From NCBI GenBank assembly GCA_965223345.1, contig CBDCWG010000012.1, positions 1,728,001-1,792,000 on the forward strand: DNA of 64,000 nt. Reading direction: 5' to 3'. How positions within the stretch are numbered: the stretch's first letter is position 1; every line of letters starts with the position of its first letter. This stretch comes from Nitrospinales bacterium (GTDB lineage: Bacteria; Nitrospinota; Nitrospinia; Nitrospinales; VA-1). The translations under genes were made by a program, and so were the position numbers. Under the pieces are notes generated by a model, which was not told the DNA's origin, searched no databases, and worked only from the letters and a program-made list of their open reading frames with translations. Shown here piece by piece: positions 10,441 to 21,177 of this stretch.

Positions 10441-10723
10441 GCTGCGGCGGATCGTGGATGGAGAACCTGTGCGCGCGGCCGGGCGAAACTTCCGTCTAAG
10501 GAAGGCCGAACCCGGTTCGGGATGGCAAAACAGCGGGTTGTGCGGTGCGGGACGTCCGGAAATTGCGGTGTTTTCATCATGGACCCCTTATACCCTTTTC
10601 GGGCCGGTTTTTAAAGGCCAAGCGAGCATTGCAACGCCCCGGCACAAATGGTACTCTGCCCTTTATATTCAGTCTTGTCCGGTGTTTCTGGGCGCCTTTT
10701 TTCAGAAGGGTGGGAGTGTTCGT

Positions 10724-11773
10724 ATGGCTTTTCGAGTTCGATGGAGTGCGTATTTTGCAGTGGTTTTTTTGTTGTTCACGCTGTTAGCGACGGGACCGCA
10801 GTCCCGCACGCTGGAGGCGGCGGAATCGCCGGCGCCGGCGGCAGATAAGGAATTGCCGGAGGTCGTGGCCCGGGTCAACGGTGTGGCCATCGAAGCCAAG
10901 CTGATCAATTTTCAGCTCAACCGCCTGATGCGCATGGCGGGCCGTCCGCTGCGCGGGCCGCAGAGGCGGGAAGTCATCATGGACATCATCGACAAAGAGG
11001 TGGTGCGCGAGCTGGTGTATCAGGAAGGCAAGGCGCAGAACTTCATGATCGACAACAGCCGCATCGACCAGGAGCTGGAGCAAATCCGCAAACCGTACCC
11101 GACGGAAAAGGAATTCGGGGCGGCGCTCGCTGAGCGGGGCATCTCGCTGGAAGAGCTGCGGGAATCCATCAAGGTGGATCTCGTCGCCAAAAAGCTGCTG
11201 GATGACAAGATCAAGGGCAAGATCCAGATCAACGATGACGATGTGAAAGCGTATTACGAGAACAACAAGAAACAGTTTTTCCGCCCGGAGGCGTTCCGCG
11301 CCCGGCATATTTTCATTTCCGTGTTTCCGCCCGAGTTGCTGAAGGAAAAAGAGGTGTCTGAGCTGCAGGCGCAGGAGGCGAAGCTGCGGGTCGAAGCGGA
11401 GAAAAAAGTGCAGGACATCCACAAACAGCTCAAAGAGGGCGCGGATTTTGCCGAGCTGGCTAAAAAATATTCCCACGATGCCGCCACCGCGGAGAACGGC
11501 GGTGATCTCGATTTCATCTACAAGGGCGTGTTCGATCCTGCGTTCGACGAAGCGGTCGGCAAGCTCAAGAAGGGGGAGACGAGCGATGTGGTGAAAACCG
11601 AATTCGGCTACCACATCATCCAGCTTGTGGACACCCGGCCCGGCGAGCAGGCGCCGTTCAACGAGATGGAGCCCGCGATCCAGAAACACCTGTTCATGGA
11701 AAAGGCACAGGGCATCGTGCACGACTACCTTTCCGGCCTGAAGAAGCAGGCCAAAATCGAAATTCTGTTTTGA
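10724..11773 (+). CDS. Parvulin/PpiC-type peptidyl-prolyl isomerase (SurA/PrsA-like chaperone)
   Basis: Start reassigned to ATG 10724 (GGGAG RBS, signal peptide); VVARVNG, RARHIFI, FAELAKKYS, NGGDL, TEFGYHII. Confidence 0.9.
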   Translation: MAFRVRWSAYFAVVFLLFTLLATGPQSRTLEAAESPAPAADKELPEVVARVNGVAIEAKLINFQLNRLMRMAGRPLRGPQRREVIMDIIDKEVVRELVYQEGKAQNFMIDNSRIDQELEQIRKPYPTEKEFGAALAERGISLEELRESIKVDLVAKKLLDDKIKGKIQINDDDVKAYYENNKKQFFRPEAFRARHIFISVFPPELLKEKEVSELQAQEAKLRVEAEKKVQDIHKQLKEGADFAELAKKYSHDAATAENGGDLDFIYKGVFDPAFDEAVGKLKKGETSDVVKTEFGYHIIQLVDTRPGEQAPFNEMEPAIQKHLFMEKAQGIVHDYLSGLKKQAKIEILF

Positions 11774-11931
11774 CCGGGGCCACCCGGGAAGAAGGGTGCC
11801 GGAAGGACCCGGCTTGCGGAAGCAAACGGGTTGAACTTTTCGGCATGGTTTGACAAGCGTCCGGCGGATCGTTCTCCGCAAAAAATACCGGAAAATTTTA
11901 ACAACCGCTTTTTCATGGGAGAGTTTTCAAC

Positions 11932-12609
11932 ATGGCGACTTACACGAAAGAGAAGGATGTCGAGACCACATTGACGGACGACACCGACGCACGGGAAGCG
12001 CTGCGCGAGGTGTTCGGGAACACCGCCCGCTGGCCGGAGGGATTTGCCGGGTTTTCGGCGGATGTGGTGGTGAACATCGACGGCAAGAACGAAACGGGCA
12101 CGGTGACGGTGAAAAACCCGAAGGACATCGAGACCAGCATCAGCGATGCGGTTGCGAAGGAGTTCCTGGCGGAAAACCTCGCCTCCATCGCCATGCACCG
12201 GGGGCCGCGCTCGTTCGAGGAATCGGACGGGAAATACAAGCTGGTGTTCGGCGACGACGGCACGCATCCGTTGGGGCGCAGCGTCGTCATGGGCGGCGAC
12301 GGCATGAGCTCGTTCTACCGCATCAAAGGCGGCCGCATCCAGCAGATCAACCGCAAGACGCCGCGCTTTTCCTTTTCCATCAACATCGAGGAGAGCGTCA
12401 AAAACCCGGAAGGAAAATTCCTCACGCACAAATACACGGTGTATTACTTCAATCCGGAAAACAATTCCCTAAAAGACGTCGAAAGCTACACAGACGATTA
12501 CGTGCGCGTGGACAATGCAGATCTTCCCGGTGTGCGCCGGATCATCAATTCGGAAAACGGCGCAGTCTCGGTCAAAAGCATGACCTTTTCCAACCACAAG
12601 ATTCTGTAG
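11932..12609 (+). CDS. DUF3386 family protein
   Basis: W...FAGFSAD, SIAMHR..RSFEE..GK, INIEES motifs resemble DUF3386; GGAGAG RBS; strong codon bias. Confidence 0.7.
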   Translation: MATYTKEKDVETTLTDDTDAREALREVFGNTARWPEGFAGFSADVVVNIDGKNETGTVTVKNPKDIETSISDAVAKEFLAENLASIAMHRGPRSFEESDGKYKLVFGDDGTHPLGRSVVMGGDGMSSFYRIKGGRIQQINRKTPRFSFSINIEESVKNPEGKFLTHKYTVYYFNPENNSLKDVESYTDDYVRVDNADLPGVRRIINSENGAVSVKSMTFSNHKIL

Positions 12610-12637
12610 GATTTCCGTATAAAGTTTTGGCAGGACG

Positions 12638-12674
12638 TCCCCCCGGACCGAGAGGTTGCGGGGGGATTTTTTTT
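12638..12674 (+). terminator. Rho-independent terminator after the DUF3386 gene
   Basis: TCCCCCC-G-GACC-GAGA-GGTT-GC-GGGGGGA stem followed by T8. Confidence 0.75.
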
Positions 12675-12690
12675 GCCCGGACGCGTTGCG

Positions 12691-13722
12691 TCACTGAGGG
12701 GAATGGATGAGCGACTGCGCTTCCACCGTCTTGCCTTTGCCCACGGTGACGCCGTGCGCCAGCACAGAGCCGCTCACTGTGGCGTTGGCCTCGATGCGCA
12801 CGTCGTTCCACAGAACGGAATGGGCGATGGCCGCGCCCGCGCCGATGCGGCAGCCGTTTCCCAGCACGGCGTAGGGGCCGACTCTCGCTTTGGGATCGAT
12901 CTTGCAGTCGGTGCCCAGCACCACGGGCGGGGTGAGGGTGGTGGACGCCTGCGCCTGCAAGACGGGCGGGCGCACGGAAACCCGGCCGTCGAGAACGTCG
13001 TGGTGCACTTCCAGGTAGGTTTCCCGGTTGCCCAGGTCTTTCCAGTAGCCGCCGTGCAGAAAGCCGAACACGGGAAGCCCGTCGCGGATCATTTCCGGAA
13101 ACACATCCTGCGCCGTGCCGTAAAACTGCCCGTGCGGAATGCGTTCGAAGATCTCCGGTTCCATGATCTGGATGCCGGTGAACATGACGCGCGTGGTCTC
13201 GTCCGGCAGCTCCATCGAGGACGCGCCGATGAAATGCACGATGCGCCCGTCCTGCCGTATTTCGATGGGATCGTATTTTTCCGGCGCGGCGTCCTGACGC
13301 ACCACCAGCGTCAGGCAGGATTTCTTTTTGCGGTGAAACTCCAGCACGCGTTTGAGATCTACATCCGCCAGGATATCGCTGTTCATCACGATGAAGGTGC
13401 CGCCGGTGAGAAATTTCTCGGCCGCTTTGATGCCGCCGGCGGTGCCGAGGATCTTTTCCTCCCGGGAGTAGTGCAAATCGATGCCGAGCTTGTTGCCGTC
13501 GCCGAAAAAACCGGTCACCTGGTCGGGCAGGTGGTGCAGGTTCACGGTGATGTCGCGGATGCCGGCGGCGCGCAGATGGTTCAGGTTGTGCGCCAGCAGC
13601 GGCTGGTGCATCACCGGGATCATCGGTTTGGGCAGCACCTGGGTGAGGGGGCGCAGCCGCGTGCCGAACCCGGCCGCCAGCACCATGGCTTTGGGAGTCG
13701 GGAAGCGCGGGGATGCGGGCAT
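12691..13722 (-). CDS. NDP-sugar synthase (mannose-1-phosphate guanylyltransferase-like)
   Basis: KAMVLAAGFGTRLRPLT..LPKPM, LGTAGG, MNSD, YWKDLG, C-terminal hexapeptide beta-helix repeats; start set at ATG 13722. Confidence 0.9.
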   Translation of the reverse strand: MPASPRFPTPKAMVLAAGFGTRLRPLTQVLPKPMIPVMHQPLLAHNLNHLRAAGIRDITVNLHHLPDQVTGFFGDGNKLGIDLHYSREEKILGTAGGIKAAEKFLTGGTFIVMNSDILADVDLKRVLEFHRKKKSCLTLVVRQDAAPEKYDPIEIRQDGRIVHFIGASSMELPDETTRVMFTGIQIMEPEIFERIPHGQFYGTAQDVFPEMIRDGLPVFGFLHGGYWKDLGNRETYLEVHHDVLDGRVSVRPPVLQAQASTTLTPPVVLGTDCKIDPKARVGPYAVLGNGCRIGAGAAIAHSVLWNDVRIEANATVSGSVLAHGVTVGKGKTVEAQSLIHSPQ

Positions 13723-13747
13723 GGATTGCCTCCAGTCGGGACGGGAA

Positions 13748-14797
13748 TTAGGTGGGTTGCGATTTGTCCGCCAGCCGTTTGAGCGATTCGGTGTAGGGCG
13801 GGCGGGCGACGCCCTTATCGGTGATGATGGCGGTGACCAGTTCATGGGGCGTCACATCGAACGCCGGATGCGCGATGGTTGCGCCTTCGGGGGCGATGCG
13901 CCTGTCGCCGATCTGCGCCACTTCCTCGGCGGAGCGTTCCTCGATGGGGATCTGCTCGCCCGAGGACAGGGAAAGATCGAGTGTGGAGATCGGCGCGGCG
14001 ACGTAAAACGGGATGTTGTGGTTTTTCGCCAGGATCGCCACCATGTAGGTGCCGATCTTGTTGGCCACATCGCCGTTGGCGGCAATGCGGTCGGCCCCCA
14101 CCACCACCACGTCGATCTGGTTTTTCTGCATGAAATGCCCGCACATGCTGTCGGTGATCAGTTTCACCGGAATGCGGTCCTGCATCAGCTCCCACACGGT
14201 CAGCCGCGCGCCCTGCAGGAAGGGCCGCGTCTCGTTGGCGAGCACCTCGATGTTCTTTCCGGCATTTACCGCGGAGCGCACGACGCCCAGGGCGGTGCCG
14301 TAGCCCGCCGTGGCGAGCGCGCCGGCGTTGCAGTGGGTGAGCACGTGGTTGCCGTTTTCGATGAAGTGCTGGCCGAAGTCGCCGAGCGCGCGGCAGGCGG
14401 CGATGTCTTCCTCGCAGATGGCCTGGGCTTCCTCGCGCAGGCGCTGCTTGATCTCGGAAACCGGCCGGTCGCGCACGGATTGCGCCACCGCTTTCATGCG
14501 TTCGATGCTCCAGGCCAGGTTGACGGCGGTGGGGCGGGATTGCGCCAGCGCGTCGCACATCGATTCCAGCTTCGCATAAAACGCGTCGTAATCGTCGGCG
14601 TCGATGGAGTTTGCGCCCAGGCTCACGCCCATGGCCGCGGCCACGCCGATGGCCGGAGCGCCGCGCACGATCATGGTCCTGATGGCCTCGCCCACTTCCT
14701 CGATGGTGTTGCAGTCCACGAACACGGTTTCCGTGGGCAGGCGGGTCTGGTCGATCATGCGAACCACGCCGTCGATGTATTCCACGGTTTTGATCAT
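13748..14797 (-). CDS. mtnA: S-methyl-5-thioribose-1-phosphate isomerase
   Basis: [60 protein letters not shown]; start ATG 14797. Confidence 0.96.
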   Translation of the reverse strand: MIKTVEYIDGVVRMIDQTRLPTETVFVDCNTIEEVGEAIRTMIVRGAPAIGVAAAMGVSLGANSIDADDYDAFYAKLESMCDALAQSRPTAVNLAWSIERMKAVAQSVRDRPVSEIKQRLREEAQAICEEDIAACRALGDFGQHFIENGNHVLTHCNAGALATAGYGTALGVVRSAVNAGKNIEVLANETRPFLQGARLTVWELMQDRIPVKLITDSMCGHFMQKNQIDVVVVGADRIAANGDVANKIGTYMVAILAKNHNIPFYVAAPISTLDLSLSSGEQIPIEERSAEEVAQIGDRRIAPEGATIAHPAFDVTPHELVTAIITDKGVARPPYTESLKRLADKSQPT

Positions 14798-15120
14798 GGC
14801 GCTTCCTTGCTTGCGGCGGGCCGGGAAAGGTGCGGCGCGAGTTTTTCCATTAGAATGGCTTCGTTGAGACCGAGCAGGTTGAGGGTTTTGTTGCGGCTGG
14901 TGAGGCCCCTGACGATGCTGACGTTCGCCGGGCTCAATCCCAGGCATTTGGCGAGAAACCGCACGCAGGCCTTGTTGGCCGCGCCGTCCACCGGCGGCGA
15001 AGTGAGCCGGATTTTCAGCGCGCCGTTGTGCAGCCCGTCGATCCGGTTGCGGGATGCCCGCGGCTGGATCGTGGCGGCGATCTGAATTCCATCCTCGATT
15101 TTTCTGACGTTGAGAGACAT
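14794..15120 (-). CDS. yggU: DUF167/YggU family protein
   Basis: [30 protein letters not shown]; in yggT-divIVA-yggU context. Confidence 0.88.
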   Translation of the reverse strand: MSLNVRKIEDGIQIAATIQPRASRNRIDGLHNGALKIRLTSPPVDGAANKACVRFLAKCLGLSPANVSIVRGLTSRNKTLNLLGLNEAILMEKLAPHLSRPAASKEAP

Positions 15121-15131
15121 GCGGGTTTGCC

Positions 15132-15659
15132 TCATTTCCGCATCTGTTCGAGGCGTTCCCGTGCGCTTTCCTTGATGTTCTGGATCAGGCTGGATCTGTC
15201 TTTCTTGAGCCGGTCGATTTCCTGCCTGAGGGTTTCGAGGTCCTTCTCCACTTTCTTTTTCTGCAGCTCGGCCTGTTCCTTGGTGACCGTGAAGATGCGC
15301 TTGGCTTTTTCCTTGAGCTGCTGCGGGTCGAACTGGATCGAATCGTTGTGCTTGGCCGCTTTCAGGGCTTTCCTGAGTTCGCCGATCAGCTTGTCCTTTT
15401 CCTGCAGCTGTTTTTTGAATTTCAAATCGCCGCCGGCTGCGGGGTTGTAGCCGTTCTGGTAGGCCTTCAACTCGGCGCTCAACTCCTCGACGGCGCGGCT
15501 TTTTTCCGCAAGCTGCTTTTTCAACGTCTCGATCTCATCGGCCATCGACTTGAAGTCCTCGGAGACCAGATGCAAAAAGGTGTCCACCTCCTGCTTGTTG
15601 TAGCCGCGGAACTTGTCGCGGAAGACCTGCTCCAGAATGTCGAGATGGTTGAGGCGCAT
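15132..15659 (-). CDS. divIVA: DivIVA domain protein
   Basis: N-terminal [22 protein letters not shown] followed by coiled coil. Confidence 0.85.
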   Translation of the reverse strand: MRLNHLDILEQVFRDKFRGYNKQEVDTFLHLVSEDFKSMADEIETLKKQLAEKSRAVEELSAELKAYQNGYNPAAGGDLKFKKQLQEKDKLIGELRKALKAAKHNDSIQFDPQQLKEKAKRIFTVTKEQAELQKKKVEKDLETLRQEIDRLKKDRSSLIQNIKESARERLEQMRK

Positions 15660-15666
15660 GGGCTTT

Positions 15667-15966
15667 CTATTTCAGTTGCATGGCAAACTCTGCCAATGAT
15701 CTTACCAGAAATAGTTTGAGGAAAACGATCCCCAGAATCACTATAATGGGGGTGAAATCGATCCCCACCCCGGACATGGGCAAAAGCCGCCGCACGCGCT
15801 CGAACACCGGTTCGGTGATGCTGTACAAAAACTGCACGATCGGGTTGTAGGGGTCCGGGTTCACCCAGGAGAGCAGCGCGCGGATGATGACGATCCACAT
15901 GTAGATCTCGAGCACCATTCCCAGGACGGTTGCGGTGGCGCCTAAAAAGTTTCCAAGCAGGTTCAT
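15667..15966 (-). CDS. yggT: YggT family membrane protein
   Basis: RALLSWVNPDPYNPIVQFLYSITEP...IDFTPII. Confidence 0.93.
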   Translation of the reverse strand: MNLLGNFLGATATVLGMVLEIYMWIVIIRALLSWVNPDPYNPIVQFLYSITEPVFERVRRLLPMSGVGIDFTPIIVILGIVFLKLFLVRSLAEFAMQLK

Positions 15967-16164
15967 GGGGTTTGTTTTCTTGCAGAGTGGGGTGAAAAAC
16001 TTTGAAAATCAAAAAGTTATAAAAATATTTTGATTTTCCGTCCAGATAAAGTATCTAAATTCTAATTTATTGTCAAACGATAGTCCCCGCGCGGGCCCGG
16101 GCGGAGCGGATTCGCTCCGGCCATGCGAACGGGGTTTCCCACCTTCAATTTGCCGGATAAGACG

Positions 16165-17565
16165 ATGCCCAGAAAAATACGCGACAAGGTCAAAGACCTC
16201 TTAAACCGAGAACAGGAAGCCCAGGGAGTGACGGTCAAGGGATGGGTGCGCACGCGCCGCGATTCCAAGGGCGGTTTTTCCTTCATCGAGATCAACGACG
16301 GCTCCTGCCTCAGCGGAATCCAGGTGGTGGCGGACCATTCGCTCGCCAGCTATCAGGCGGTTTCCGGCCGCCTGACGACGGGAAGCTGCGTGGCCGTGAC
16401 GGGCAACCTCGTGCGCTCGCAGGGCAAGGGGCAGAGCATGGAGGTGCAGGCCACGGACATCTCCGTGTACGGCTCCGCCGATGCGGAGAAGTATCCGCTG
16501 CAGAAAAAGCACCATTCCTTCGAGTTTCTGCGCGAGATCGCGCACCTCAGGCCGCGCACCAACACCTTCGGCGCGGTCATGCGCGTGCGCAACCGGCTGG
16601 CCTATTCGATCCACAAATTTTTCAACGACCGCGGGTTCGTCTACCTCAACACGCCCATCATCACCACCAGCGACTGCGAGGGCGCGGGCGAGATGTTCCA
16701 GGTGACGACGCTCGATATGACGTCTCCGCCCTTGAACGACGGCAAAGTGGACTACGCGCAGGATTTTTTCGGCGAGAAGACCGGGCTCACCGTGAGCGGC
16801 CAGCTCGAAGGGGAGATCTACGCCATGGCGCTGTCGGACATCTACACCTTCGGCCCGACGTTCCGTGCGGAAAACTCCAACACCAGCCGCCACCTCGCCG
16901 AGTTCTGGATGGTGGAACCGGAGATGGCGTTCTACGAGCTGGACGACGACATGGACCTGGCCGAGGAATTCATCCAGTACCTGCTCGCCGACGTGCTGGA
17001 ACACTGCGCCGAGGACATGGAGTTTTTCAACAAGCGCATCGACAAGACCATCGTCGAGCGGCTTAAGCACATCGTGGACAACCCGTTCGAGCGCATCCAC
17101 TACAGCGACGCGGTGCATCTCCTGGAAAAATCGAGCGAGAACTTCCAGTACTCGGTGGAATGGGGCTGCAACCTGCAGGCGGAGCACGAACGCTATCTCA
17201 GTGAAAAAGTGTTCAAAAAACCGATCGTGGTGTTCAACTACCCGGAGACCATCAAGCCGTTCTACATGAAGCTCAACGAGGACAAGGAAACCGTGCGCGC
17301 GATGGATGTGCTGCTGCCGAAGCTCGGGGAGATCATCGGCGGCAGCCAGCGCGAGGACGACCTGAACGTGCTCAAAAGCCGCATGCAGGAGAAGGAACTC
17401 GATCCCGAGGAATACTGGTGGTACCTCGACCTGCGCCGCTACGGCTCGGCGCCGCATTCGGGCTTCGGGCTGGGCTTCGAGCGGCTGGTGCAGTTCGTCA
17501 CCGGCATGGAGAACATCCGCGACGTCATCCCGTTTCCCCGCACCCCCAAGCACGCGCAGTTTTAA
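16165..17565 (+). CDS. asnS: Asparagine--tRNA ligase
   Basis: [74 protein letters not shown]; start set at ATG 16165. Confidence 0.97.
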   Translation: MPRKIRDKVKDLLNREQEAQGVTVKGWVRTRRDSKGGFSFIEINDGSCLSGIQVVADHSLASYQAVSGRLTTGSCVAVTGNLVRSQGKGQSMEVQATDISVYGSADAEKYPLQKKHHSFEFLREIAHLRPRTNTFGAVMRVRNRLAYSIHKFFNDRGFVYLNTPIITTSDCEGAGEMFQVTTLDMTSPPLNDGKVDYAQDFFGEKTGLTVSGQLEGEIYAMALSDIYTFGPTFRAENSNTSRHLAEFWMVEPEMAFYELDDDMDLAEEFIQYLLADVLEHCAEDMEFFNKRIDKTIVERLKHIVDNPFERIHYSDAVHLLEKSSENFQYSVEWGCNLQAEHERYLSEKVFKKPIVVFNYPETIKPFYMKLNEDKETVRAMDVLLPKLGEIIGGSQREDDLNVLKSRMQEKELDPEEYWWYLDLRRYGSAPHSGFGLGFERLVQFVTGMENIRDVIPFPRTPKHAQF

Positions 17566-17598
17566 CTCCTCCCCGGAGGGGGAACAAGATCCAAATTT

Positions 17599-17617
17599 GA
17601 CGGGATGGACAGGATAA
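17599..17617 (+). repeat. Short repeat family A copy (GACGGGATGGACAGGATAA)
   Basis: 18/19 identical to the reverse complement of 18508-18526; variants at 29744, 54915 and 54983. Confidence 0.75.
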
Positions 17618-17677
17618 AGCGAGGGTCATAAAGAAAGAGTGAAGATAAAGAGAACCTTTAAAAGGTGAATTTTCCTA

Positions 17678-18418
17678 ATGGTCATCAAGGGGAATCATTT
17701 CTGCTTTTGGATATTATTACTATTGATCGCTATATCAAGTCATGGTTTTTCATGTTTAAGCACCCACTACCACAAGGCTCAAGATGCTCATAAAAAGGGA
17801 AGTTATGATGAAGCGATAAAATTTTATTCAGAAGCACTAAAAGAAAAAGATTACTCAACAGAAACTGAAATCTTTACTGAAAGAGGTGTGGCTTTCCTTG
17901 GGAATAATCAGTTTAAATCTGCTATTCGTGATTTTGAGCAAGTCTTTCTTTTAGATTCGGATAAAGCGCAACTTAACAATAATCGTGGTGTTTCTCTATA
18001 TTATCAGGGCAAATTTGAGGAAGCGTTGGATGCTTTCAATAAAAGCCTACAGCTTTCCCCGATTGGCTATACCAACGTACTGTGGTCATATCTCACCAGC
18101 CAAAAGTTGAACCAGCCGGGCGTAATCATATTGAGCAATTGGTCTAACCAACACAACGCTGAAGGGCATGATTTTCTTCCTGCGACTTTGGTTTCTTTAA
18201 ATCTAAATAAAATTTCTCCTACTAAATTATTTTCTGAGTTGGAAGAAAAAGAAATTGAAAGAAATTATCGATGCATATCTTATTTTCATATTGGCCAATT
18301 TTATCTTTTACAGAAAAAAAACAACCTTGCCGATTTCATGTTTCGTAGGGCTTTAGATACAGGAGCAGTGGGAGTGATCGAATATGCAGCGGCAAAGCTG
18401 GAGTTGGAGCGTTTATGA
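17678..18418 (+). CDS. TPR protein, NlpI-like, AT-rich (likely horizontally acquired)
   Basis: TPR helices (AIKFYSEAL, RGVAFL, NNRGVSLYYQGKFEEAL); NlpI-like C-terminus (C.SYFHIGQFYL...F..AL...IEY..A.LEL); AT-rich codon usage unlike neighbours. Confidence 0.8.
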   Translation: MVIKGNHFCFWILLLLIAISSHGFSCLSTHYHKAQDAHKKGSYDEAIKFYSEALKEKDYSTETEIFTERGVAFLGNNQFKSAIRDFEQVFLLDSDKAQLNNNRGVSLYYQGKFEEALDAFNKSLQLSPIGYTNVLWSYLTSQKLNQPGVIILSNWSNQHNAEGHDFLPATLVSLNLNKISPTKLFSELEEKEIERNYRCISYFHIGQFYLLQKKNNLADFMFRRALDTGAVGVIEYAAAKLELERL

Positions 18419-18450
18419 AAAATCTATTTTAACATGAACATCTTTTTTCA

Positions 18451-18526
18451 CTTCGCGTCTTTGCGGTGAAAACAAGCTTTTAGCTTTTCCCGTCTTTTAT
18501 CCCGCCGTTATCCTGTCCATCCTGTC
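18451..18526 (-). repeat. Repeat family B copy (18451-18469) and family A copy (18508-18526), both in minus orientation
   Basis: Reverse complements TCACCGCAAAGACGCGAAG (18/19 to 55011-55029) and GACAGGATGGACAGGATAA. Confidence 0.75.
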
Positions 18527-19905
18527 TAATCTTTATCCCTGATCAAAGAAACAAGCGTCTCGACGTGCTGGGTCTGCGGGAACAGATCGACGACGGCGAG
18601 GTTGGCGATCTTGTAGTCGGTGAGCAGGGCGAGGTCGCGCGCTAAGGTGCTCGGGTTGCAGGAGACATACAGTATCTGCTTCGGCGCGAGGCGCTGGATG
18701 GCGTTGAGCGCAAGTTCGGAGCAGCCTTTGCGTGGTGGATCGACGATCACGGTCTGCGGCGCGTCCTCTTCCGGCAGGGCGGGCAGGATTTCCTCCACGG
18801 TTCCCTTCACGAATTCGCAGCTTGTGATCGCGTTGAGTTCGGCGCTTTTTTTCGCATCCTCGACGGCGGGGCCGAATTCCTCGACGCCGAGCACGCGCCT
18901 GCCTTTGTTCGCCAGCCACAGGGCGATGCCGCCGGAGCCGCAGTAGGCGTCCAGGATTGTTCCCTCTCCCGGCAGCAGCCAGCGTTCCAGCAAGCCGTAC
19001 AGGGCTTCGGTCTGTTCCGTGTTGACCTGGAAAAACGATCCCAGCGAGAGCTGAAAGGTGAGCCCGCCCAGCCGTTCGGTGAAAGCGTTTTGCCCCCACA
19101 GGGCGCGGGTGCGCTCGCCCAATATGACGTTGGTGTCTTTCAGGTTGAGGTTCTGCACGATGCCTTGCACCTGAAAGCGCTGGATGAATTCCGGGTTCTT
19201 GAGGTCGTTGAAAAACGGGCCGGGGAATTTCCCCTTGGCGGTGACGAGCCCGACGAGCGTGTCCCTGGTGCTTTCCGAATGGCGGATCACCAGTCCGCGG
19301 AAAAAGCCCCGGTGCTTTTTTTCATCGTAGATCGAGATGCGGTGCTTGGCGAGCAGCAGGCGGATCCACTCCTTGGCCTCGTTGATGGCCGGATGCAGGA
19401 TGTCGCAGCTTGGCGAATCGGCCACGGCGTGCGTGCCTTCGCTGAAAAAACCCAACTGCGGCTGGCCCGCCCGTCCGGCGACGGCGAAGCTCGCCTTGTT
19501 GCGGTAGCCGTAGGGTCGCGCGGCCGGGACGACTTCGATGTCATCAGGCGGTGCGATCTTGGCGATGCGTTCGAGCGCGTCGGTGACCACCTGCATCTTG
19601 AACCGCATCTGCTTTTCGTAGGCATAGTTTTGCAGCTTGCAACCGCCGCAGCGGGCGAACACAGGGCAGGGCGGCTCCACCCGGTCGGGCGAGGGGGTGA
19701 GCATCTCGATCACCTGCGCCACGCCGAAGCGCGGCGTGGTTTTTGCGATTTCGCCCAGCACCTTGTCGCCGGGCAGCCCGCCGGGGACGAACAGCGTGTA
19801 GCCCTGGTGACGGCAGATGCCGTCGCCGCTGGCGCCCTGGGTTTCGACGGTGAGCTCCAGCCGGTCGCCGGTGGTCACGGGTAGCGTGTGCTGCGGTTTC
19901 GCCAT
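18526..19905 (-). CDS. rlmD: 23S rRNA (uracil-5)-methyltransferase RlmD
   Basis: TRAM domain, CPVFARCGGC Fe-S motif, YRNK, SFFQVN, DAYCGSG, VDPPRKG, YVSCNPSTLARD, DLFPQT.HVE; start ATG 19905. Confidence 0.95.
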   Translation of the reverse strand: MAKPQHTLPVTTGDRLELTVETQGASGDGICRHQGYTLFVPGGLPGDKVLGEIAKTTPRFGVAQVIEMLTPSPDRVEPPCPVFARCGGCKLQNYAYEKQMRFKMQVVTDALERIAKIAPPDDIEVVPAARPYGYRNKASFAVAGRAGQPQLGFFSEGTHAVADSPSCDILHPAINEAKEWIRLLLAKHRISIYDEKKHRGFFRGLVIRHSESTRDTLVGLVTAKGKFPGPFFNDLKNPEFIQRFQVQGIVQNLNLKDTNVILGERTRALWGQNAFTERLGGLTFQLSLGSFFQVNTEQTEALYGLLERWLLPGEGTILDAYCGSGGIALWLANKGRRVLGVEEFGPAVEDAKKSAELNAITSCEFVKGTVEEILPALPEEDAPQTVIVDPPRKGCSELALNAIQRLAPKQILYVSCNPSTLARDLALLTDYKIANLAVVDLFPQTQHVETLVSLIRDKD

Positions 19906-20036
19906 GATGGTACAATCCCTCTCGAAGTTCAAAGTCGGCCAGCTTAGCACACCCTGAGGTTTTGGGTGAAGGAAAACCGGAGCCGGCGCATAATGTATAA
20001 CCCCATAAAATTCATGGATATAGGCGGAATATTCGC

Positions 20037-20801
20037 ATGGAAGACCTGATCTGCATCCTCGGGGCGGTGAAAGAGGAGATCGCGGGCGTCAAAAGTCAGA
20101 TGCGCGTGCGCGAACGCGTGAAGCTGGGCAAAGCCGACGCCTGGCTGGGCCAGTGGCAGGGCCGGGAGGTTCTCTTGGTGCGCACCGGCGTGGGCAAAAC
20201 GCGGGCAAAAGATGCGATCGAAAAGGTGCTGGCGGCGCATGCGCCGTCGCTGCTGGTTTCGCTCGGCTATGCGGGCGGCTGCGACCCCAGGCTCAAAACC
20301 GGCGATCTGTTGCTCGCGGACAGCCTGTGGCAGCTCGATCTCGCTGATGCTTCAGAAAATTCGCTCAAGGCCAAGCCGGTTGACTGCAAACCGGTCGCAA
20401 TGGAAACGCTGCCGAGCGCGTTTGCCGACGGCGGGGCGTCGGTGTATCGCGGCGGGCTGGTGACGGTGGACAAGGTGGTGACCGATCCCGCACTCAAGCG
20501 GCGCATCGGCGAAACCAACGCGGTGCTCGCCTGCGACATGGAAACCAGCGTGCTGGCACAGGCGGCTGCGGGGCAGGGCGTGCGGTTTGTGTCGCTGCGC
20601 GCCATCTCCGACACGGTGGAGGAACAACTGATGGATGTCTCGCCGTTCATGGAGGACGGCGAGGTGTCGAAACTCAAAGCCGGCTGGTACGTGCTCACGC
20701 ATCCGGGTTCCCTGAAGACGTTTAAAAACCTCAAGGAGATCGCGGATCTCGCGACTGCAAATTTGACCCGCTGCCTCAAGGCGCTGCTCAAGGGACTGTG
20801 A
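20037..20801 (+). CDS. Nucleoside phosphorylase / MTA-SAH nucleosidase family protein (possibly HpnG-like)
   Basis: LGAVKEE, RTGVG, SLGYAGG, CDMETS, LRAISD motifs of the PNP/UDP family. Confidence 0.8.
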   Translation: MEDLICILGAVKEEIAGVKSQMRVRERVKLGKADAWLGQWQGREVLLVRTGVGKTRAKDAIEKVLAAHAPSLLVSLGYAGGCDPRLKTGDLLLADSLWQLDLADASENSLKAKPVDCKPVAMETLPSAFADGGASVYRGGLVTVDKVVTDPALKRRIGETNAVLACDMETSVLAQAAAGQGVRFVSLRAISDTVEEQLMDVSPFMEDGEVSKLKAGWYVLTHPGSLKTFKNLKEIADLATANLTRCLKALLKGL

Positions 20802-21177
20802 CGTTATTGGTTCCAAGCAGGCCGCGCGTGCGTTCCTCGCAGGAGCTGTGGTGGATTTTCCCTTGGCGCGCGGTGGTCTCGCAGTAGTAGGTCCCGTGCC
20901 CCGGCCGCCAGCGCAGGGACTCAGCGGGAACGCTCCAGACGTGCGCGCCGAAATCAATGGCGGCGTTGCCCCGGAGCGCCGCCTGGTGGTTGATCTGGAT
21001 GAAATTTTTCGGCAGCCGCTTCCAGCCGATGTAGACGCTGTTCTGCTCAAACTCCACCCACTCGATTTCCGTTATGTTGTCCAGATAGGAAAGTTTTTCA
21101 CGGAGCATGCGGGCGTGGTCGATCGCTTCGGCGGGTGTGAGCCAGAGGCAGGCCAGAAGCAAGAAAAACGTCTTCAT
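20788..21177 (-). CDS. Hypothetical exported protein
   Basis: Signal peptide MKTFFLLLACLWLTPAEA; no family recognised. Confidence 0.65.
   Translation of the reverse strand: MKTFFLLLACLWLTPAEAIDHARMLREKLSYLDNITEIEWVEFEQNSVYIGWKRLPKNFIQINHQAALRGNAAIDFGAHVWSVPAESLRWRPGHGTYYCETTARQGKIHHSSCEERTRGLLGTNNVTVP

Noticed and set aside
19986..20010. GCGCATAATGTATA matches the XerC arm and spacer of the E. coli dif site
   Set aside because: The normally better-conserved XerD arm (TTATGTTAAAT) is absent (ACCCCATAAAA); more likely promoter sequence between divergent genes.
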